Of a stretch of DNA of 64,000 nt, positions 28,338 to 42,175 are shown one piece after another. Source of the DNA: Heterodontus francisci. Taxonomy: Eukaryota. The stretch covers positions 4,340,001 through 4,404,000 of the forward strand of contig NW_027141093.1 of assembly GCF_036365525.1 (NCBI RefSeq). The letters run 5' to 3'. Numbering within the stretch: position 1 is the first letter of the stretch; each line of letters opens with the position of its first letter. Under the pieces are notes generated by a model. The model was not told the origin of the DNA. It searched no databases and worked only from the letters and a program-made list of their open reading frames with translations. A program made the translations under genes and the position numbers.

Positions 28338-28482
28338 AGTCTCCGGTGCTGTGTGGATTCATTCTGTATCTATCAGACTCTGGTACTGTGAGTGTGACAT
28401 CCATTCTGTATCTGTCAGTCTCTGGTACTGTGAGTGTGACATCCATTCTGTATCTATCAGACTCTGGTACTGTGAGTATGAG

Positions 28483-30542
28483 GAGATGAGGTGGAGTGTT
28501 GCGGCAAGGATGATGGAAAAGAGCATTGGTGCGATGACACAGCCTTGCTCGACCCCAGTTTGCATTGAGATTGGGTCAGTGGTAGGTCCGTTGGGAAGGA
28601 TTACAGCTTGCACGTCATCATGCAGTCGTCAGAGGATGATGATGAATTTCTCTGGGCAGCCAAATTTGAGGACGTTCCATAATCCCTCCTGGTTGGTAGA
28701 GTCGAAGGCCTTTGTCAGGTCAGAGAAGACCAGGTATAAAGGTTGCTGCTGCTCCCTACATTTTCTTGGAGTTGTCTTGCTTTGAAGATCATGTCCATTG
28801 TGCTACTTGATGGACAGAATCCACATTGTGATTCCAGTAGGAGCTCTTCAGCCACGGGGAGGACGCAGTTGAGAAGGACTCTTGTGATGGCCTTCCCTGT
28901 GGCGGACAGCAGGGATACCCCTCTGTAGTTACCACAGTCAGTCTTGTCACCTTCTTTAAAGATGATCACTATTACAGTGTCTCGGAGATCCCCTGTCATG
29001 CTCTCCTCCTTCCAAATGAGGGAAATGAGACCATGTATTTGAGTCAAGAGTGCTTCTCTGCCAGATTTTAGAATTTTGATGGGAATTCCATCTATGCCAG
29101 CGGCCTTATTGTTTTTTAGCTGTCAGATGGCCTTTTCAATCTCTGTCAGCCTGGGATTGTGCTGACAGCACGGTGGGTAGCATGCTGTGGAATGCGGTCA
29201 AGGGTACTCGCATCAAGGACTGAGTCACAATTGAGGAGATCTTCAAAGTGCTCCTTGCAACGAGTGCAGACTGCCTATATGTCCTTGATCAGTGTCACTC
29301 CATTCTTTTGCTCTCAGTAGGGTAGGTCCTTGGCTGCGTGGGCCGTGAATGGTCTTGACTGTGCTGAAGAATCCACACATGTCGTGGCTGTCAGCAAGTT
29401 TTTGTTGTTCCAGTGTTCTTTCAGCCCATCAGCTGTTCTTTAGGTCGCATGTGAAGATCTACTCTACAGGACGAGTGGGAAACTCTTTAACCTATGTTGC
29501 CTCCAGTCCAGATGTAAGGCCACTCCAACCTCTGTCATCAAGCTGCAGTATGCTGACGACGCCTGCGTATGTGCACACTCAGAGGCCATGCGTCAAACCC
29601 TGATCAATGCATTCACGGAGGTGTATGAAATAATTGGCCTTAAGCAAAACATCCAGAAGACAAAGGTCCTCTACCAGCCTGCTCCCCGACACTGCCCCTC
29701 GACTGTCAAGATCCACAGCGAACCACTGGGCAATGTGGATCACTGTTCATACCTTGGGAACCTCCTGTTACCAAGGGCAGATATCGACGATGACACGCAG
29801 CATCACGTCTAGTGTGTCAGGGCAGATTTCAGTCATCTGAGGAATAGAATGTTTGATGACAAAGAACTCAAATCAGCCACCAAGCTCATGGTTGACATGA
29901 CTGCAGTGTTACCTGCCCTCCTGTATGTGTCAGAAACATGGATACTGTACAGCAGACATCTCAAAGCCCTGGAGAGATATTACCGGTGGTGATTCCGCAA
30001 GATCCTGCAAATTCAGTTGCAGGACAGGCGCTGCAATATCAGTGTCCTCTCTCAGGCCAACATCCCCAGTATCGAGACACTGGTCATGGCTAGTCAGTTA
30101 TGTTGGACGGGCCACATCATCCCCATGCCTGATGCCAGAGTCCCAAAACAAGCTTTCTACTCTGAACTCCATCAGGGCAAGAAGCTACCAGGAGGGCAGA
30201 AGAAACAATACAAGAATTTCCTTCAAGACATCCTGAAAAAACGTGACATCTGCACTGATTCATGGGCATCTCTTGCCTGAGAACACCCAAAATGGAAAAG
30301 AAGCATGCGCGAAGGTGCCAGCCAGTTTGAAATTCGTCGACATGCCCAGGAAGCAACCAAATGCAAACAGTGGAAGGAGTATTTGGAAATTGGAGAATCC
30401 CATTCACCCACTTCACCATGCACCATCTGCCCCACCTGTGGCCGAGTGTGTGGATCAAGAATTGGACTATTCAGTTGCCTAAGGAACCACAACCCTGGAG
30501 TGGAAGAAAGTCATCCTCATTCCCGAGGGAGTTCCGAAGAAG
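28483..30542 (+). mobile_element. Second RTE-clade LINE, 5'-inverted
   Basis: TGVEQGCVIAPMLF and DCGNYRGVSLL on minus; QYADD..CPTCGRVCGSRIGLFS on plus; gaagaag tail. Confidence 0.85.
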
Positions 30543-30549
30543 TTGTTTA

Positions 30550-31500
30550 GTGTGACATCCATTCTGCATCTGTCAGTCTCTGGTTTTGAATATGAGTGTG
30601 GGATTCATTCAGTATCTGTCAGTCCCTTGTACTGTGTTTGAGTGCAGTTTTCAGGCTTTATCTATTAGTATCTTGTGTGTGAGTTCTGTATTCATCTGCA
30701 TCTTTCAACCTCTAACACATTATTTGAGTTTTGTAGTCATTCTGAACTGACCCTTGGTAATGTATGTGTGATTGAGGTTGATCGTTTACTTGTTAATCTG
30801 TTGTACTGTACATGAGTGTGAAATTCATTCTGTATAACTCTATCTCTGTTCCTGTTGTGGGTGTATGATTCATTCTGTATGCTCCATCTCTGGTATCGCA
30901 TATATGTGTGGTATCAATTCCATTTCTGTCATTTCTGGTACTGTATGTGAGTGTTTACTTCATTCTGTAACTATCAGTCTCTGGCACGGTCTGCACATTC
31001 TGGATCCATTTTGTAACTATCAGTCTCTCGCAGAGTGTGAATGTGGAATTAATTTTGTATCTCTCCATCTCTAGTGTCATGTGTAAATTTGGAGTTCATT
31101 CTGAATTGGTCATTGGTACTGGATCTGCCATTCTCTAGTACAGTTTGTGAATGTGGGATTCGTTCTGTACCTGTCACTCACTGGTACTTTGTGAAAGTGT
31201 GCGATACATTCTGTATCTGTCGGCCTCTGGTAGTGTGTGTGATTGTGGGATGAATTAATTAGCAGTCAGTGGTGCTCGATGTGAATGTGGAAATCATTCT
31301 GTAACTCAGTCTGATATTGTTCTGTGAGGGTGGGAATTACATGTATCTTTCAATCCCTGGTGCTGTGAGTGAGCATGGGATTCATTCTGTACCTGTCAGT
31401 CATACTGTATGTATCTGTGGGATTTATCCTGTACCTTTCAGTCGCTGGTATTTTGTACGAAAGTGGGAATAATTCTAGATCCACTGCCACACACTGGTTG
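30550..31500. repeat. Degenerate 46-bp minisatellite family
   Basis: Recurrent gggattcattctgta-ctgtcagtc-ctggtactgt motifs. Confidence 0.65.
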
Positions 31501-31514
31501 AGTGTGTGTGTGTG

Positions 31515-32620
31515 CAAGAAGAGAAAAAAGATACAAAATAGGAGCATGAGATGGCCATTTGGCCCATCGAGCCTGCTCCGCCATTCAATAAGATCGGGGC
31601 TGTTCTGATTGTGGTCTTAACTCCACTTTCCTGCCTGCGCCCATGACCATTGACTGCCTTTTAGATCAAAAATCTGTCTATCACAGCCTTGAATATATTC
31701 AATGACCTCCAGCCTCCACAGTCCTCTGGAGAACAGAATTCCAAAGATGAACAACCCTCTGAGCGAAGAAATTCCTCCTCATCTCCTTCTTGAATGGGAG
31801 GCCTCTTATCTTGAAACTGTGGCCCCTAATTCTACATTCCCCCACAAGGAGAAACATCCTCTCAGCATCTACCTGTCCAGCCCACTGAGAATCTTATAGG
31901 TTTCAATAAGATCACCTCTCAATCTTCTAAACTCCAGTGAGTATAGGCCCAACCTGCTCAACTGTTTCTCATAAGACAATCCAACTTCCCAAGTATCAGC
32001 TGAGTGAACCTTCTCTGAACTGATTCCAATGCAAGTATAGCCCTCCTTAAGTAAGGAGACCACAACTGTGTGGAGTACTTTAGTTGGGATGTCACTAATG
32101 CCCTGTACAGTTACAGCAAATCTTCCCTACTTTTAAACTCCATTCCCCATGCTAAAAATGCCAACATTCCAGTTGCCTTCCTAATTACTTGCGATAGCTG
32201 CATGCTAACTTTTTTGTAATTCATGTATCTGGACACACAGATCCCTTGGTACAGCAGCATTCTGCAGTCTCTCTCTATGTAAGTAATATTCTGTTTTTCT
32301 ATTCTTCCTGCCAAAGTAGACAATCTCACATTTTCCCATATTATACTCCATCTGCCAAACTTTTGCCCATTGATTTAACCTATCTATATCTCTTTGCAGA
32401 CACTTTGTGTCCTTCTCACAACTTGCTTTCCTACCTATCGTTGTCCCATCCATAAATTTGGATTTACACTCGGTCCCTTCATGCAAGTTATTAATATAGA
32501 CCATAAAGGTTGAGTCACCAGCACTGATCCCTGTGGCACTCCATTAGTTACAGTTTGCCAATTTGAAAATTCCCCAATTATCCCCACTCTGTTTCTTGTG
32601 AGTTAGCCAATACTATATCC
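31515..32620 (-). mobile_element. CR1/HER1-type LINE fragment
   Basis: LGLYSLEFRRLRGDLIETYKIL; WQMEYNMGKC. Confidence 0.85.
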
Positions 32621-35599
32621 ATGTGCGTGCAGTTTTTAGATTGTGTCTATCAGTGTCTGTTACTCTGAGTTTTGGACTCTTTCTCAATCTCTCAGTGCTA
32701 CTATTTGTGTGTTAGGTTGCTTTAGATGACTCAGGCTGAGGTACTGTCAGTGTGTGCAGTAATCAACCTAAACCTTTCAGCATCTGGCACTGAGCATGTG
32801 TTTCAAAATCACTCTCTGACTGTCAGTGTCTGGTACTCTGTGTGATTGTGGGATTCATTATATAACCTTCCGTCCCTGGGACTGGTGCAAGTCTGGAGTT
32901 ATTCTACATAAAAATTCAGCACAGCAACAGGCCACTGATGTGGCAGGTTTTAAGCAGACAGGTAGATACATAAATCCTGTTTGAGGTTTTGCCTAGTATT
33001 AAATAGTATCTGTCACTGTGAACACAATAGTGAAATATAATGTATCCTACAATCTGATACAGGATTGATGTGCAAGTGTAACTCAGGCTGTACTCATCAA
33101 TTTGATCAGTGCCATTCAGTCTAACTCTGAGTGAGAATCTTGGACTTGCATGTAAAATGAGCTCAGTCTGGAATTGTACAGTATCTTCCATCTGACACTA
33201 TATGAGGTTTTAGGACTGGTACGTAATTTATAGCTCAGACTATACTAATCAAATTTATATTGTATCTTTTAGTTTCACAATCCGGATGAGTTTTAAAGTG
33301 GAATCTGAGTTTGTACCTCTGCAATCTGATTATGCACTTGAGATTTGTATCTAATGTATATGTCTGGACACATTATCGGAATTAATACTGATAATAAAGT
33401 CAAAACCCGGGTAAATATTAGGCTGGTATTTAACTTGAATCTCGGAGCACTTCATTGAGATTATTTCTGTAACTTTGAAACAGCAACCATGTGTCAGTTC
33501 TATGTGTATTTAATTTGTAGCTGAGGTTGCTCTATTGTGGGATTGACACACTGATAATTTGATAGTGGCTGAGAATTTGGACTGGGATTTGTGTATCCTC
33601 CTGTCAGTGGTATTGAGTTGGGGTGACATGAAAACAACGTGCGTCTCTCCTGCTCCATTTGATTGATGGATTGAAAATGTGTCTCTGGATCTATTTCTGC
33701 TGTCTGAGACTGTGGAACTGATGACCTGTCTGTGTCTCTGCGCTCTGTGAGTGATAATGTACGGACTGTGTGTGAGAAGGAGCTGGTGACACTCTTCCAT
33801 GTAACTTGGTGGAGGAAACATCACATTTATTTTGGTTCATTCAATTATTTGCCTGTTTGAACAAAAGAATGTTTATAATTCAAATACTGGTGAGGTAGAA
33901 GATACAGGATTTTAATGAATTTAATCTCTCATGATAATTATAAACGCCCACAAAGGAAGCCCAGCCATACAAATATTATCATTGTTTGACTGCACTGCAG
34001 TAACAGTTTCTTCCCATTCTGTCTCCATCCCCTTATCCACACACAACCCGGGAATGGCCTCTCACTTCCCACACTCACTCCATGTTCCGGGACCAGTTCC
34101 TGCTACACTCCGCCTCTTACAAACAGCCCTCGCCTGCCCTTGAACTTGCCCCGGACTCGATGCTGATCTCTCAGTCCATTCGTGGACACGCTCCCAAAGC
34201 GATGTGCTGCTGCAAGGAGGCTGCTGTTTGGTCCCTTCCACTGGGACCTGGATCTCTCCATTGCCGGCTGTTTCAAACCATCTTCTTCCGCTCACAGGCA
34301 GTGCTGGGGGAGGGGAGCGCAGGCGCAGATTCAGGCAACAATTCCGCAAACAGAAAGATGGAAAACGTCCGGCACAGAATGAGGCCATTCGGCCCATCAT
34401 GTCCGTGCCAGCGCAAAGAGAGCGATCCAGCCTGATCCCACAGTTTCTTGTTATTGGACAGTGAAGTGTGGAAACAGAAACGGACAGTCAGGATGTGGGG
34501 ATTTACACAAAGAGAATCTAGTACAGGCACTAGGTGAGAAGTGTGAAGGACACATTTTAAACAGCGGCTGTTTGGTTTCGCTTGAACGGTTAGACCATGG
34601 GAGCGGGAACTGGAAATCTGACCTGTGTAAAAGTCCCTGTTCCGTCGGTCAGTCCCATTCATGGCCCAGTGGATTGTTTCTGGATGTCATTTAATTGTTG
34701 TAAAATGGCCAAAGCCTCTGGTATGCAGTAGCTGGGGGCTGCAGGACTGCAGTGGAATCAGACACTGACTCTGTTTGTATTGCTGGGTTTCCTTTGTGAT
34801 TGTTCATAATGATTATTCATTGAAAAATTGTTTTGGTCTCTCTTGGAACTTCCACCACACCTCTTCCTGAATTATAATAAATACATTTCCTTTCTACAGG
34901 CAAATACTTGATGGAAGCAGAATAAATGTCGTGATTCCTCGACACGCGGAAGTGCAGCCAGCTCCTCACACACAGTAAGTACAGTATCACTCACAGAGAG
35001 CAGAGACATCAATTCCAAAATCACCGCCAGCAGAAGTAGTCAGACTGGCACTGATCCCACGTTCCAGAGACCAACAGTCAATCCAACAGTCACACAGAGC
35101 AGGAAAGAGTGAACTTGTTTCCATTTCACCCCAACTCAGTCCCACTGACAGGTAGATACATCAATCCCAGTCCAAAATCACACCCACTATCAGATTGCAA
35201 GACACTGTGTCACTCTCACAAGACAGCATCCTGAACTACAAATTCAATGTCAGATGGAACAGCCAAACAGTACCTGATTGTAAAGTACAGAATTAATCTC
35301 AATAATGTACCCAGACTGCAGACTGAGCTCCATGTTACACACCATTCCACAAATTTCACAATTAGTCAGAGTGGAAGACACAGTATTAATTCCATTATTG
35401 CAATCTGAATGAACCTGACCATTACATACTAGGACATAAAACATATTGTAAGATGAAAGGACACAGACCTGAAATGTTAATTCTGTTTCTCTCTCCACAT
35501 ACGCTGCCTGAACTGTTGATTATTTTGAGCATTTTTGTTTTTTTAAACTTCATATTTCCTGAATCTGCAGAATTTTGCTTTTATTTTAGAGTGAAAGAA

Positions 35600-36770
35600 A
35601 CATTGCATTGTGAGGTGAGAGTGACTGCCCTTGACATCAAGGCAACCTTTGACCATTAATGGCACCAAGGAGCCCTAGCAAAACTAGTGTAAATGGGAAT
35701 CATGGCAAAACTCTCTGCTGGTTGGAGTCATACCTAGCACTAAGGAAGATGGCTGTGGTTGTTCAGGTCAATCATCTCAGTCTCAGGACATTACAGCTGG
35801 AATTCCTTAGGCTCGTGTTCTAGGCCCAACCATCTTCAGCTGCTTCATCAATGACCTTCCCTCCATCACAAGGCCGAAAGTGGGGATGTTCACTGATGAT
35901 TGCGCAATGTTCAGCACCATTCATGACTCTTCAGCTACTGAAGCAGCCCGTGCCCAGATGCAGCAAGACCTGGACAACATCCAGGCTTGGGCTGATAAGT
36001 GGCAAGTAACATTCGCGTCAGATAAGTGCCAGGCAATGACCATCTCAAACAAGAGAGAATCTAATCATCTCCTCTTGATGTTCAATGGCATTACCATCAC
36101 TGAATCCCCCACCATCAACATTGGGTGGGGGGGGGGTTACCATTGACCATAAACTGAACTGGACCAGCCACATAAATGCCGTGGCTACAAGAGCAGGTCA
36201 GAGGCGAGGAACTCTGTGGTGAGTAACTTACCTACTGTCTCCCCAAACCTATCCACCATTCACAAGACACAAGTCAGGAGTATGATGGAATACTCTCCAC
36301 TTGCCTGGATGAGTGCCGCTCCAACAACACTCAAGTAGCCTGCTTGATTGCCCCCAAGCACCAGCTTCAACAATCAGCCCATTCACCATTGATGCACAGT
36401 GGCAGCAGTGCGTACCATCTACAAGGTGCACTGCAGCAACGCACAATAGCTCCTTTGACAGTACCTTCCAAACCTGGAACTTCTACTACTGAGGAGGACA
36501 AGGGCAGCAGTTGCAAGGGAACACTACCACTTGCAGATTCCCCTCCAAGCCACACAACATCCTGACTTGGAACTATATCGCCATTCCTTCATTGTCGCTG
36601 GGTAAAAATCCTGGAACTCCCTTCCAAACAGCACTGTTGGTGTTCCTACATCTCAAGAACTGCAGCGGCTCAAGAAGGCAGCTCACCACCACTTTGTCAA
36701 GGGCAATTTGGATTGGGCAATAAATTCTAGCATAGCCAGTGATGCCTACATTCCACAAACAAATGAAAAA
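35600..36770 (+). mobile_element. CR1/L2-group LINE 3' part (copy at 61075-62240)
   Basis: VRVTALDIKATFD; MFTDD..QQDLDNIQAWADKWQVTF. Confidence 0.8.
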
Positions 36771-37665
36771 AGTGAGGAAATAGTGAAGGGCTTTTATAGA
36801 GTACATGGAGACATGTTTCCACTTGTGGTGGCGTCTGAAACAAGAGCCAAAATATAAAATCGTCATTCATAAAACCAATGAGGAATTCATGAAAAATGTA
36901 TTTACGCAGTGAATGGTTCGAATCTGGAATTTGTTATCACAGGGAGAGGTTGGGGTGAATAGTATCGATGCACTGAAGGGGAGGTGGAATAAATGAACAA
37001 TTGTATGTGGAAAAAGGAATCGAGGGATATACATATCGGGCTTCATTTTAAAAAAATTTTTGCATGTGAAGCAGGATGTCTGGAAATATATGTAGAGCAT
37101 AGAGCAGTTGGGACGATCCCAGTGCAGTGTTTTGTCTGGATGGATCTGCCCAGAACACTTGCGATGCAGGAGCTGGGAGCTTCAGTACTTCAGTGGAGGC
37201 AGATAATGACACCGGTTTTCATTTGTGGATGTTCTTAATGATTATTGATTGAGAAATTAAATTGACCTCTTTGATATTATGCACCGCATCTGTTCTTGAG
37301 TTATCAGATATATCTTTTTCTTCATACAGGCAAATACTTGAAGATATTGTGATGAATGTGATGGTTGCTGCACTCGAGGCACAAGGAACAGTGCAGCCAG
37401 CTCCACTCACACACAGTCGGTACATTATCACTCAGAGTGCAGAGGTACAGATAGTTCATCAGTTCCCTGGTCTCAGACTGCAGAAATAGTCAGGCTCACA
37501 TTGATCCCAAGTTCCAGAGACACATTTGCAATCCAACAACCAAACAAAGCAGGAGAGAAAGAGGTTTTTTCCATTTCACCCCGATTGAGTCCCACTGACA
37601 GTCAGATACTTCAATCCCAGGTCAAAATGACACCCACTAGCAGATTGAAATGCAATGTGTCAATA

Positions 37666-38360
37666 TAACAAAGAACAAAGAACAGTACAGCACAGGAACA
37701 GGCCATTCAGCTCTCCAAGCCTGCCTGCCTAAACTAAAACCTTCTGCAGTTCCGGGGTCCGTATCCCTCTATTCTCATCCTATTCATGTATTTGTCAAGA
37801 TGCCTCTTAAACGTCGCTATCGTACCTGCTTCCACCACTTCCCCCGGCAGCAAGTTCCAGGCACTCACCACCCTCTGTGTAAAGAACTTGCCTCGCACAT
37901 CCCCTCTAAACTTTGCCCCTCTCACCTTAAACCTATGTCCCCTAGTAACTGACTCTTCCACCCTGGGAGAAAGATTCTGACTATCCACTCTGTCCATGCC
38001 GCTCATAACTTTGTAAACCTCTATCATGTCGCCCCTCCACCTCCGTCGTTCCAGTGAAAACAATCCGAGTTTATCCAACCTCTCCTCATAGCTAATGCCC
38101 TCCAGACCAGGCAACATCCTGGTAAACCTCTTCTGTACCCTCTCCAAAGCCTCCACGTCCTTCTGGTTGTGTCGCGACCAGAATTGCATGCAATATTCTC
38201 AGTGTGGCCTAACTAAAGTTCTGTACAGCTGCAACATGACTTGCCTATTTTTATACTCTATGCCCCGACCGATGAAGGAAAGCATGCCATATGCGTTCTT
38301 GACTAGCTTATCCACCTTCAGTGACCTGTGGACCTGTACGCCCAGATCTCTCTGCCTGTC
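37666..38360 (-). mobile_element. Relatively young HER1/CR1 LINE 3' insertion
   Basis: Open 151-aa frame ALERVQKRFTRMLPG..LGLFSLERRR; (ttctttg)n tail; absent at the paralogous site ~63100. Confidence 0.88.
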
Positions 38361-38756
38361 AAATATAATGCAGACTGAGCTAGCAATTAAATATCAGATA
38401 GAATTGGCACACGCTACTGATTGAATGGCACAGAATCTAACCTAGTGATGTACCCTGAGATTTAAATTAAATATCATACCCAAAGCTCACACCCATTCAT
38501 TATAAAGGATGTTTAAACATCCCCATAGTGTACCCTGAGATACAAGTTACATACAAGTCCAACATTCATTGCAGTGAATGTTTCAAAGGTGCTGAAAGAT
38601 ATTGTAAGCTGAGACACAAATTAGATACCAGTTCAGACCTCGCCCACACTGTGAAATTGAAAGAGACAGAATCAATTCCATCAGTGTAGATTGATATAAA
38701 CATTATATACCATTCTAAAAAGTGATGCAATATCAAACTAAAATAAAGTATCAATT

Positions 38757-41700
38757 CCACCAGACCCCCACCACCCTCTGGCTAAAAAATCTTTTCCTCA
38801 TCTCCCCTGTGATCTTTCTGCCAATCACTTTGAATCTATTTCCCTAGTCACTGATCTCTTTGCTAAGGTAAACAGTCCCTTCACTTCAATTCTATCCAGA
38901 CTCCACAAATTTTGTACATGCCAGTCAGATCTCCCCTCAGCCTTCTCTGTGCCAAGGAGAATAGCTCCAGCCTATCCAATCTTTCCTCAAAGCTGCATTT
39001 TGCCAGTCCCAGCAACAATCCTCGTAAATCTCCTCTGTACCCTCTCTAGTGCAATTACATCCTTTCTGTAATGAGGTGATCAGAACTGCACACAGTACTC
39101 AAGTTGTGGCCTTACTAATGATTTATACAGTTCCAGCATAACCTCCCTGCTCATATATTCTATACCTTGGCTAATAAAGGAAAGGATTCCATATGCCTTC
39201 TTACCACCTTATCGACCTGCCCTGCTACCTTCAGGGATCTGTGGACATTTACTCCAAGGTACCTCACTTTCTCTACACCTCTCAGCATTTTCCTCTTAAT
39301 CGTGTATTCCTTTGCCTTGTTTGACCTCCCCAAATGCATCACCTCACACTTCTCTGGATTGAATTCCATTTGTCATTTTTCTGTGCATCTGACCAGACCA
39401 TGAAGATCTTCCTGCAGCCTACAGCTATCCTCCTTGCTATTTATCACACAGCCAATCTTTGTGTCATCTGCAACCTTCTTGATCATGCCCCCTACATTTA
39501 CATCCATGTAGACTACATCAACTGCACTCCCCTCATCTATTTTCCTTGTTAATTCATCAAAATTTCAATCAAGTTGGGCAGACAAGATCTTCCCTTAACA
39601 AATCCATGCTGACTATCCTTGATTAATCTGTGCCTTTCGAAGTGACATTTTATCCTGTCACTCAGAATTAGATTCCAATAATTTGCCCACTACTGAGGTT
39701 AGACTGACTGTCCTGTAATTATTCGGTCTATTCCTCACTCCCTTTTTAAACAGAGGTACAATGTTCACAGTCTTCCAATCCTCCAGCATCACACCTGTAT
39801 CCAGTGAGGTCTGGAAAACGATGGTCAAACCTTCCGCTGTTTCCTCTCTTGCTTCTTTTAACAGCGTGGGGTACATTTCATCCATCCCTAGTGATTTATC
39901 AACTTACAAATATGCTATTTGTATGTCCTGTCACTAATATGTCCTCTCTCCCTCTATTGATCACATCCAATACTTCATACAATTTTTCCTTAACTCCAAT
40001 ATCTGCATCATCACCCTCTTTTGTGAAGACAGATGCAAAGTATTTATTAAGAACAGTGCCAACATCTTCTGCCCCTACACATAGGTTACCTTCATGATCT
40101 TTTATGGGCCCTACTCTTTCCTTAGTTATCCTTTTTCTGTTAATGTATTGATAAAACATCTTTGTGCGAACCTTGATTTTGATTGCCAATATTCTTTCAT
40201 GCCCTCTCTTAGCTTTCCTAATTTCAATGTTGATTTCCCCCCTCCACATTCGATACACCTCTCGGCTTTCAGTGGTATTGAGTTCTCTGAGTCGGGCATA
40301 AGCTTTCCGTTACTGCCTTATAATACTACCTTATAAGATCCATGGGGCTCTATATTTGGCCTTCCCACCCTTTTTCTTGGTGGGAACATATTGACTCTGA
40401 ACCCCTGGAATCTCCCCTTTGAGTGCTTCCCACTGCTCTGACATTGATTTACCTTCAAGTAGTTGTTTCCAGTCCACTTTTGCTAACTCACTCCTCAGCT
40501 TAGCAAAGTTGTCCTTGCCCCAACTGAAAACTTTAACTCCTGTTCTATCCTTGTCCTTTACATAATTATGTTAAAACTGACTGAATTATGATCACTACCA
40601 CCAAAATGCTCTCCCACTGCCACTCCTTCCACCTGCCTATCTTCATTTCCTAAAACTACATCTAAAACTGCACCCTCTCTTGCTGGACTTGCTACATATT
40701 GGCTAAATAATTTCTCCTGAATGCACCTCAAGAATTCTGCTCCCTCAATTTCTTTCACACTAAAAGTATCCCAGTTCATGTTGGGGTGGTTAAAATCCCC
40801 TACTATTACTGCCCTATTGTTCTTGCACTTCTCAGAGATTTGCCTACATATCTGCTCTTCGATCTCCTGTTTGGGGGTCTATAGCACACTCTCAGCAGTG
40901 TGATTGCCCCTTTTTTGTTCCTCAGCTCAATCTATACGGCCTCATTTGATAAACCTTCCAACATATCATCCGTCTTCAGAGCTGTAATAGTTACTTTGAG
41001 CAAAACTGCCACTCCCCCTCCTTTCTTATCCCCCTCCCTATCACATCTGAAAACCCTGTAACCAGGAATGTTGAGCTGCTATTCCTGTCCCTCCTTAAGC
41101 CATGTTTCTATAATAGCTGTGATACCATGCTGCCACATGTCTATTTGTGCCCTCAGCTCATCTGCTTTATTTGCTATACTCCTTGCATTGAAATAGATAT
41201 GCTTGAGCACTGCCAAACTCTTTTTAAATTTTCTAACCTTTGTTTCCTCTTTCTTCCAGACTCATCCATTAATTTTCTTCCTTCCATTTTAATTTCTGAT
41301 TTTGTCCCATCTGACTCTACCTTCCGGTTACCATCCCCCTGCTAAATGGGTTTAAACCCTCGCCAACAGCACTAGCAAAATGTCCCGCAAGGAACTCTGT
41401 CCAGGCTCTGTTCAACTGCAATCCGTGCGACCTGTCCCAAGAATCTAAAGCCCTCCCTCCTGCACCATCTTTCCAGACACACCGTCATCTGTCTTATCCT
41501 TTTATTCCTGTACTCACTTGCACGTGGCACTGGGGATAATCCGGAGATTACTACTTTTGATGCCCTGCTTGCTAATTTCTTACCAAGCTTCATAAATTCT
41601 GACTTCAGGACAACATCCTTATTTCTACCTATGTTGTTGGTTCCGATGTGGACCACAAATGCTGGCTGTTCACCCTCCCCCTTCAGGATGCTCTGTAACT

Positions 41701-42170
41701 GCTCAATGACATCCTTGACCCTGGCACCAGGGAGGCAACACACCATTCCTGGATTCACGTCTGTGGCCACAGAAACAGCTGATTGTTCCCTTCACTATTG
41801 AATCATCTATCACTATGGCTTTTCCAATCTTCCCTGTACCCACCTTTGCAGCTGAGTCACCCATGGTGCCATGGACTTGGATCTGGCTGCACTCCCCATG
41901 TGAAGCATCACTGTCCTCCGTATACAGAACTGAATACCTGTTGGAGAGTGAGATGCGCTCAGTGTGTCCTGCATTACTTGCCTGATTCTTTTTGACTGCC
42001 TTGTGGTCACCCATTCCCTCTCTCCCTGCAAACTCTTAAGATCTGGGGTGACCGCATCTATGAACATGCTTTCCATGTAACTCTCCTCATGAATGCACAG
42101 CAGTGTCTCCAGCTGCTGCTCAAGTTCCAAACCCAGAGCTCAAGCAGCCGCAATTGACATCACTTACTTG
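38757..42170 (-). mobile_element. Degraded CR1 LINE with ORF1 SGNH-esterase, endonuclease and RT remnants
   Basis: IDDSIV, CCLPGARV, VVHIGTN (ORF1); LDVVLGN..GSDHN (APE); NYRTVSLTSVVGKLLES (RT). Confidence 0.85.
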
Positions 42171-42175
42171 AACAA

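Larger units (their letters stand above)
26002..35044. repeat. Right arm of the inverted duplication (longer: extra RTE and sequence absent from the left arm)
   Basis: gcgcacatggggtcagtgatcagtaattaattt mirrors 25636-25668; match continues to ~35044/19402. Confidence 0.88.
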
